From Lama guanicoe (lineage: Eukaryota), in contig MU054220.1 in assembly GCA_013239625.1 (NCBI GenBank), positions 1,789,509 through 1,853,508 on the forward strand: a stretch of 64,000 bases of DNA, written 5' to 3'. Positions 56,687 through 64,000 of the stretch are shown piece by piece. The notes beneath the pieces are model-generated. The model worked only from the letters and a program-made list of their open reading frames with translations. It did no database searches and was not told where the DNA came from. How positions within the stretch are numbered: the stretch's first letter is position 1; each line of letters begins with the position of its first letter. The position numbers and the translations under genes are program-made.

Positions 56687-59600
56687 TGGGGGAGGGAAAG
56701 GGGGNNNNNNNNNNNNNNNNNNNNNNNNNNNNNNNNNNNNNNNNNNNNNNNNNNNNNNNNNNNNNNNNNNNNNNNNNNNNNNNNNNNNNNNNNNNNNGTG
56801 AAAAAAAAAAAAAAAAAGAAAAGAAAATGGCTAGTGGCTGAAAAGGGGGTTGGACACCTGTGTTCCCCAGACCACCCTGCTCAGTACAAATCCTGCAGTT
56901 ACTGGAATGATGGGACTGACTGGGATTTTCCCAAAGAAAGCTTTGCAAGGAAGTTTTGAAGGAGAAAAGACATGATCAGCAGGAAGAAAGAACAGGCAAT
57001 GGCTTGGCCATAAGTCTTCAAGTCACATGTGGGATGCTGTCAGTTGGCCGGCTGGATACAAAGTGGGAGATGAGGACAGAAGGATCAGTGGGAACGCCTT
57101 CTGGTGCAGGACCCTGATGTTACTGAGACCTTGGATTTAACCTGAGGTACGTGGGGGCCACTCTAATGCTAAATCACTGTTTACTGGGTACTTACTAGGT
57201 GCTAAGCAAGGTGCCATGTTCTTTGAGTATATTGCTTCATCCTCACAGCAACCCTGTTGGTCAGATACTATTATTCTCTTTATAGATGAGGAAACTGGGA
57301 TCCAAAATGTAAGCAATTTGCTCAAGGATTCTACCCCAGAGGGGGTCTGCCTGCCTGAACTATGCTATACTGACCAAAGACGTATAGGCATGAGACCTGG
57401 AAGTCTGAAGAGGGGCTGTGGTTCTAGAAAAGAATATACACTCATAGAACAGAATAATGGCAGATTTCAGACTGCCTAGGGGCGTGGGCAGGAAGGAATC
57501 ACAAGACATGAAGACTAAGCCTTGGGGACTGCGGCTAGAGAACCTGCTATCGAGAGCTAAGGTCAGCTGCATGCAGTTAGTTAACTGAAGTGGAGGACAG
57601 AACAGAGGCCAGGGTCTTAGAAAGTGCTCGCAGTGAGGAGATCTGGGTGTGGGAAAAATGCAGGAAAACAAGCTTGTTAAAGAGACATGAAGAAAACTCA
57701 GCAAAATGGGATCAGAGAGCTGGGACAAACAGAGCAGAGAGCCAGAGAATAAGAGACGCTTTGTCTCAGGGCAGAAAGAGATCTGGGCTTAAAGGCTTTC
57801 ATTTCTGCCCCCTTCTCCCCTCCCTGGATAGACTTGATCCGTCCTGTGATCACAGCTCCTGTCCCCTCCTCACTTACCTTGATGGGTGTCAGGTGCTGAA
57901 AGTGGCGGTGAGGGTGCGGGATCAGGCTTGGGGGGCATTCCCACTGAGAGGCGGAGTAAACCCGGATCTCACTCTTCTGGTCAGTGGTCAGGAGCTGGGC
58001 TCCATCGGGACTGAAATGAGCTGGCAAAGTGAAAAGCCCCTGAGCTCAAGGAACCACAGGCCCCCTGTTGTCCTGACCGTCACAGGCCTCTTGCAGGGGC
58101 ACCCTCCCTCCCACTCCTCAATAGACAGGGGTGGAAGGGAGGTGAATCTGGGCTGCAAACAAAAACATCCCACAAACTCAGCAGCTGATGGAGGAAGCTA
58201 CAGTCAGAAAGGTCCCAAGACATCAGCTTGGCTGATGTTTTCAGGGGTAAAGGTTTGGCCCAGTAGCTTCTACACTTTGAGGGAAAAGCCTAGAAGCGGT
58301 CGGGTCAGCAGGGTCTGCAGGAAGGACGAGATCTGGTATATCACACCTGCATTGACAGGATGCCTGTGCGGCAGCGAGTAGAGGAAGCTGGATTTCCCTC
58401 TAACCTGGCGCAGGTCCCAGATTTTCACTGTTTGATCTACGGAGGCTGTGGCCAGGAACCAATCACAGCATGGGTTCAGGGCCACATGGGTCACTTTCTT
58501 TTTGTGCATTCTCAGATTCCAAAGCTGCAGAGAAGAGCTCAGTTCAGGAGGGGACACAGAACCGAGGATGGGGGTCAGGGAGGTAGGGGGAGGACCTGGC
58601 TTCAGGGAACGCACCTCCCTGCCATCCATGTTCAGCAGGATCACATGCCCCACATTGTCTCCTGTGACCACCACTCGGCTTTTGACAGACACATCCAGGC
58701 TGCAAAACCAGATGCTGGAGGGAGAGACCGTGCTGTAAGATTCTTGAGTACAGAGTCAAATTCCATTTATTCACTGTTGAAGCTCATGTCAGACATATAG
58801 TAGACTGTCAATAAATATTTGTTGAATCAATGAATAACCTGCCATGGGCTCCCAGTGAGGAACACTCAGATTTGTCTACCGTCTAGATAGAGGGTATGGG
58901 GGTGGTGGGGCTCAGAAACTTGTCCAGTTACTGCTGGGCTCAGGATCCTCAGGATCCTGAAGAGGACAAAGCCAGAGCCATAAGGCAGGTCCCCAGGCTG
59001 GCTTGCCCACTACAGTCCTGGGTTCTGAGGAGGACTCATTTATAGCTTTCTCCCTTTACTCTCCATCGTCCACACCAAACAGGGACTGTCTAGCCCTGTT
59101 CCTCACAGTTGGCCTGTAAGGAACTTCTGCTCCCTTCTGAGCATTTAGGGGGAAACGCGTACACAACCCAGAAGCTGCATCTTGCTCTTTTGTCCTGAGA
59201 CTACCTGAGGATGAAGAGATGGGGGGGTGGGGAGTACTTCAGGGATCCTGAGAGCCAGCCAGGAGAGCTCAGATTCACATTTTTTCCCCCTCTAATCCTT
59301 GCTACACTGCCTTTTGCATCCCGTGTAAATATCTTTCATAGGGAGGGCTTCCTGTGGAAGAGTAAGATGGAGCTGAGTCCATCCTGTCACCTGTCCTATT
59401 GCTTGCATATTTCTTACCCCTGTGGGGCAGCCCAGAATAAGGTCCAGTGCTAGTTAGACCTCCACACTCTCAATTGCTTAGGGAGCAGAGTTTTGAGCCA
59501 GTGTCTCTGGCTCAAAATCAAAGTGACACGCATTTTGTTTCTCCAGCCACTTTCTCTGTGGGCATTCTGCCCATTTAAGCTTCCATCAAGGAAATGGTCA

Positions 59601-60147
59601 GGTCATTGCAACCCAGTGAACATAGGGAATGGAATCTTAAGTTCTGAGCTCCTTCTCTAGACTTTAAGTGGCTTTCTAGGCCAATGCCATGCTGACTTGT
59701 CTAGTGAGAATCAAGGTCTAGTCTCATATGGGAAGGACTGACAGAAGAGCTGAAGCCCTTCCCTCACTGAGAGAAGCTGAGGCAGGCTCCAGAACCCCTC
59801 CTGGAGGCATTGCCACACCAGGCCCAGGGGGAGAGCAGCTAAAGACAGAGCCTGAGGAAGGGAGGGGAAGGTGGAAAGGCGCTAACACCTTTCCTTTCCT
59901 CCCTGTGCCAGGTTTGGGTAAAAGAAATGGGATCTGGATGCTTTCACCAGAACTACACCGAGAGCCTAGAAGCCCTTTTCCCTCCTAGTTAAACTACTCA
60001 CTTGCAGGTGTCTGAGGTGGCAAAAACTCGGAGAGTGTTGCCTTTAAAGTCTTGCAGCCTAGTGGTTCCCTCCATTGAGGAGGTGAAAAACTGGTTGGTA
60101 TTGAGAGGGTTAAACTTCAGCCCAGTGATGCTGCCTCCAGCTCCAAT
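55523..60147 (-). CDS. DDB2: DNA damage-binding protein 2 (XPE), WD40; 5'-partial, exons 4-10 (275 aa)
   Basis: WD40 repeats ([42 protein letters not shown]); exons 146+100+178+143+165+46+50 = 828 nt in frame to TGA; upstream exons lie beyond 64000. Confidence 0.97.
55874..55919 (-). CDS. DDB2: DDB2 exon 9 ([15 protein letters not shown])
   Basis: ctgcag|CT ... TGG|gtgagt. Confidence 0.94.
56062..56226 (-). CDS. DDB2: DDB2 exon 8 ([17 protein letters not shown]...GIMS)
   Basis: tcctag|GC ... TCG|gtgagg. Confidence 0.95.
56705..56797. other. Assembly gap (93 N)
   Basis: Run of N between two poly(A) tracts. Confidence 0.99.
57878..58020 (-). CDS. DDB2: DDB2 exon 7 ([14 protein letters not shown]...LTPIK)
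   Basis: tgccag|CT ... AAG|gtaagt. Confidence 0.95.
58347..58524 (-). CDS. DDB2: DDB2 exon 6 ([11 protein letters not shown]...HPVNA)
   Basis: ctgcag|CT ... CAG|gtgtga. Confidence 0.95.
58615..58714 (-). CDS. DDB2: DDB2 exon 5 (IWFCSLDVS...MDGRE)
   Basis: ctccag|CA ... GAG|gtgcgt. Confidence 0.95.
60002..60147 (-). CDS. DDB2: DDB2 exon 4 ([14 protein letters not shown]...SDTC)
   Basis: tgttag|AT ... CAA|gtgagt; not in the ORF track. Confidence 0.94.
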
Positions 60148-60309
60148 CTAACACAAGGAAGAAAAAAGCCAGTGAATGACAAGGGCCCAGGTAGGGAACA
60201 AAGCCTGGGAGCAGATACGCTGTTTGGACATAGAGCCAGTCAGGCCACACTTGGGGCCAGGCCAGCTTGGATGCCTAGACACTAGGATGCTCTCCACAGT
60301 ACTAGTTAA

Positions 60310-60710
60310 AGTTTTAGTTTTATAGTAATTAACATACAGTGAATTTGGTTGTCTTTGGTATACATATCTATAAATTTGAACACATGTATAGATTTTAATA
60401 ACCAACACCAAAACCAGGATGCGGAACAACCCCCACCTCCCAAATTCCTTGTGCTCTCCCACTGTAGTCACATCCTCTCCCAACTCCTAACCCCCGGCAA
60501 CCACTGATTCGTTCTCCACTGCTGTACTGTGGTTTTGCCTTTGATACGACTTTCATATAAATGAATCATATAGTGTGCAGCCTTTGAGACTGGCCTCGTT
60601 CGTTTCAGTGTATTGTCCTGAGATTCATCCAAATTGCTGTGCATATCTATAGTTCATCCCATTTTATTGCTGATTATTCCACTGTCTGGGTGTGCCACAG
60701 TTTGTGTATC
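60310..60710 (-). mobile_element. Old L1 3' fragment (L1MB/ME-like)
   Basis: CCCCGGCAACCACTGATT...GAATCATATAGT...GAGATTCATCC pattern. Confidence 0.6.
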
Positions 60711-62695
60711 ATACAAGAGGTCTTTTCAGAAGAGCTTCAGCTTGAAACAGTGGCTGGGCTACAAGGGGAGGTGTCAGATCTGAGCTCTTTCCTATTTTTT
60801 CCAGCTCTCCCAGACAATGATGAGAATAATCACGTAGCATAACCTTATTAAGTGCTTATGTGCCAAGCACTGTTCTAAGAACTTTATATCCTCGAGGCTC
60901 CTCCTCCACTTCTCCCATATGCTGTTGCTATCCCAGCCTTACCTCTAAAAGGCCTCTTACACAGCATCCACTTAACTCACTGAACATACTAATTGGCACT
61001 TTCCATTTCCTCTACAAAACATTCTCACCTATGCTCATGGTTTGCCAAACCCATGCTGCTAGTAAGAATCTGCTCCCACTAACTGAGCTCAGTGCTTACA
61101 AAGGGTTAGTTGTGTTTGTTCTTAAACCTATATATTCCAGTTGTACTTTTTGTAATCACGTAATTTAATTAAACATGTAATTTATTAAACATTTAAACTT
61201 CAAACACTTAAACATTTCATTAAACATGTAATTTAATTAAACTGATGAAATATGTGTAAAAAGAAAGACTATTGTTATTTCTATGAAAACCACGTTGAAC
61301 ACTGGAAAAGCTGGGTAAAAATGAATTGCTAAAACTAATGGTTATCGACTTAAGCATGGGTGAGATAGTTGTAAATGATTAGGGTGGGAAATGGAAACTA
61401 GACCCTATAAAGACTGTATTATGGGTGTGGTGTAGGCAAGACCCGGTGAACCCTAATCAGTGAACATTTACTCCAAGAAAAGGACTGCCCTATGTCAAAG
61501 CATTAGTAATAAACAATACATAACATTCTAAGGTAAAATGTATGAGTGCTGTTCTTCTAGCAAGGGTGGGCTAAGTGGTTATGACCAACTCTTGCACGGA
61601 GGACCAACCAAGCCTAAACAAAATGTGAGAAAGAAGTAGGTGTAAGACTTCCAGTTCTAGTGACAGTGGGTCAGCTGGTGTCAGGCCAACCTTCTGCCAG
61701 GAACAAGTAGAAAAGGCAGATAAAATATGTGTTCTTGAAGAAAAGTTTCAGAAGTCAACGAAGAGCTACCAAGGCATCAAGGACTTGAAGTCCAGGCTCA
61801 TGGAGAGAAGAGAAGCAGAAGGTAAGCCTGACATGTGGATGCTGCTTTTCCTCTTGAGGCTTAGGCAGGTAAGAAAGGGGTGGCTTAGAAGCAGAGAAGC
61901 TGATGAGCTGAGCAGAGGTTTTGTCAGTCTTAAGGGGGTCAAAAACTGGAGTTCAGACCCGCCCAAGAGGAGAAGTCTTGGGGAAGAAAACCCAGCTTTT
62001 AGTTAGGATCTTCAAATTATATCTACAAGTTTTCATATGCCCTTTTTGGCATTAAATCTAAAATAACCAGCATATTAGAAGTCAAGATCAAATAACCAAT
62101 AACTAAGAAAAAAAACAGCAGTTGGAATACACTCACAGGAGATTCAGAAATTGGAGCTATTAGACACAAGCTTTAAAATAACTGTGATCAATATACATTT
62201 AAAAAATAGACCTAATTTAAAAATGGACAATGGGTTTCAACAGGCATTTCCCCAAAGAAGATGTACAAATGGCCAGTAGCACATGAAATATGCTCAATAT
62301 CATTAGTTATTAGTAAAATGAAAATCAAAACCATAATGAAATACTATTTCACATGTGCTAGGATGGCTGTAATCAAAAACATGGACAATAACAAGTGTTG
62401 GCAAGACAGCTTGTGAGATGGGAGAAAATACTGCAAACCATATATCTGAGAAGGGGCTAATATTAACAATATATAAGGAACTCAGGCAACTCAATAGCAA
62501 AATCAAAGAAGCAAACAAATAACCTGACTTAAAAAATGGGCAAAGTACTTGAATAGACATTTCTCCAAAGACATACAAATGGCCAAAAGGTGTATGAAAA
62601 GATGCTCAAAACCACTAATCATCAGGGAAATGCAAAACTAAATGCGATACCACCTCACACCTGTTAGAATGGCTTTTATCAAAAAGACAAGAGGT

Positions 62696-62915
62696 GGGGA
62701 GGGTATAGCTCAGTGGTAAGAGTGTGTGACTAGGATGCACAAGGTCCTGGGTTCAATCCTCAGTACCTTCATAAAAAATAAATAGACACCTAATTACCCC
62801 CCCAGAATTAAAAATTAAAATTAAAATGTGAGATTATAAAAAATGCTCAAAAAAAGAATAATTGAGTAAAAGAAAAAAAAATAGAAGTCAGTCTTGTAGA
62901 CTTAAAAAAAAAAAA
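62696..62915 (+). mobile_element. tRNA-derived SINE inserted in an L1
   Basis: GGGGAGGGTATAGCTCAGTGG...GGTTCAATCC; flanked by AAAAAGACAAG duplication. Confidence 0.85.
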
Positions 62916-63649
62916 AGACAAGCGATAACAAGTGCTGGCCAGGATGTGGAGAAAATGGAACTCAAGTGCACAGCTGACGGGATGTAAATTGGTAGAGGCA
63001 TTATGGAAAACAGTATGGAGATTCCCGCAAAATTTAAAAAATAGAACTATGTAATTCCACTTCTGGGTACATATCCAAAGGAAATGAAATTTGTTTCTCA
63101 GAGAGTTATCTATCCTCCTGTGTTCACTGCAGCATTATTCACAATTGCCAAGATACGGAAACAACTTAAGTGTCCGCTGATGGAGGAATGGAAAATGTGG
63201 TGTATGTATATAATGGAATGTCATTCAGCCTTTAAAAAGAAGGAAATCCTGACATTTGTGACAAACTGGAGGACATTATGCTAAGGGAAGTAAGTCAGTC
63301 ACAGAAAGACAAATACTACATGATCTCACTTACATGTACAATCTAAAAAAGTCAAACTCATAAAGACAGAGTAGAAAGGTGGTTGCCAGAGGGTGGGGGA
63401 AAGGGGGAGATGTTGGTCAAAAGGTACAAAATTTCAGTTATTCTGGAGATCTAATGTACAGCATAGTGACTATAGTTCATAATGTTGCAGTGTACACTTG
63501 AAATTTATAAGAGGGTAGATCTTAAGTGTTCCCAGCTCACAAACACATACACACAAAAGGTAACTATGTGAGGTGATGGATATTAATTATTAATTAGCTT
63601 GACTGTGGTAATCAGTTCAATGTATGCATGTATTAAAACATCATGTTGT

Positions 63650-63836
63650 GGGGAGGATATAGCTCAGTGGTAGAGCATGAGGTCCTGGATTCAATCACCA
63701 GTACTTCCATTAAAAAGTAAGCAAAGAAACCCCGAACAAATAAATAAACTTAATTACCCCCCAAAAAAGCTTAAAAAAAGAATTTAAGGTTCATTTTTTT
63801 AAATTAAAAATAAACAAACAAAACCTTAAAAAAAAC
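63650..63836 (+). mobile_element. tRNA-derived SINE inserted in an L1 3' UTR
   Basis: GGGGAGGATATAGCTCAGTGGTAGAG; flanked by ACATCATGTTGT duplication. Confidence 0.85.
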
Positions 63837-63977
63837 ACATCATGTTGTACACCTTAAATATGTACAATTTTTATTTGTCAGTCAAGTGTTGGTAAGGATG
63901 TGGAGGAACAGAAGACCTCCTACATTGCTGGCAGGAATGTGAAATGGAGCAGTCACTTTGAAAAACAGGCAACTCCA

Positions 63978-64000
63978 GGGAGGGTATAGCTCAAGTGGTA
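63978..64000 (+). mobile_element. 5' start of another SINE copy, truncated by the window edge
   Basis: GGGAGGGTATAGCTCAAGTGGTA. Confidence 0.7.

Larger units (their letters stand above)
62200..63960 (+). mobile_element. Older L1 (L1M-type) ORF2 end and 3' UTR fragments, nested
   Basis: Diagnostic L1 text (GACATTTCTCCAAAGACATACAAATGGCC, TATGGAAAACAGTATGGAG, GCAGCATTATTCACAATTGCCAAG). Confidence 0.85.

Noticed and set aside
57590..58381. 263-aa plus-strand ORF, the longest in the track
   Set aside because: Antisense to DDB2 exons and introns, no recognisable domain, apparently a non-ATG start; consistent with a chance ORF.
61160..61245. AT-rich TTAAACAT repeats (similar ATTAGAT repeats at ~11255-11330)
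   Set aside because: Low-complexity slippage repeats with no supportable function.
63084..63284. ORF with FTAALFTIAK..KQLKCP similarity
   Set aside because: Degenerate L1 ORF2 C-terminus, not a host gene.
1..64000. A previously undescribed biological system
   Set aside because: All strong coding signal is explained by four known genes in their known order, and the remainder is intron or repeat DNA; only modest regulatory hypotheses are supportable.

Overview
Mammalian genomic DNA containing the well-known DDB2-ACP2-NR1H3-MADD cluster. The tRNA-derived SINE family and L1 3' ends suggest a camelid or related cetartiodactyl (inference). Four spliced genes were reconstructed by reading GT-AG boundaries and frame continuity. 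(1) MADD/IG20, minus strand: 32 coding exons from the ATG at 29293 down to 1878 (1574 codons); its last exons lie left of the window and its CpG-island promoter is at ~32.3-33.5 kb. (2) NR1H3/LXR-alpha, minus strand, complete: 9 coding exons, 447 aa. (3) ACP2, plus strand, complete: 11 exons, 423 aa. (4) DDB2, minus strand: exons 4-10, C-terminal 275 aa. Introns and intergenic DNA hold MIR, L2, L1, hAT (Charlie/MER5-like) and SINE copies, a TSD-flanked solo ERV LTR with an internal 76-bp tandem array, an (AAT)n microsatellite and a 93-N gap. I see no evidence of a wholly new biological system. The most interesting signals are regulatory: a UGA-C readthrough context plus hairpin after the ACP2 stop, a degenerate LXR autoregulatory DR4, the LTR between ACP2 and NR1H3, MADD cassette exons with their splicing motifs, uORFs, and an RFX/MEF2/E-box cluster in MADD intron 1. 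Exon numbers follow the recalled human convention; repeat family names are by-eye assignments.
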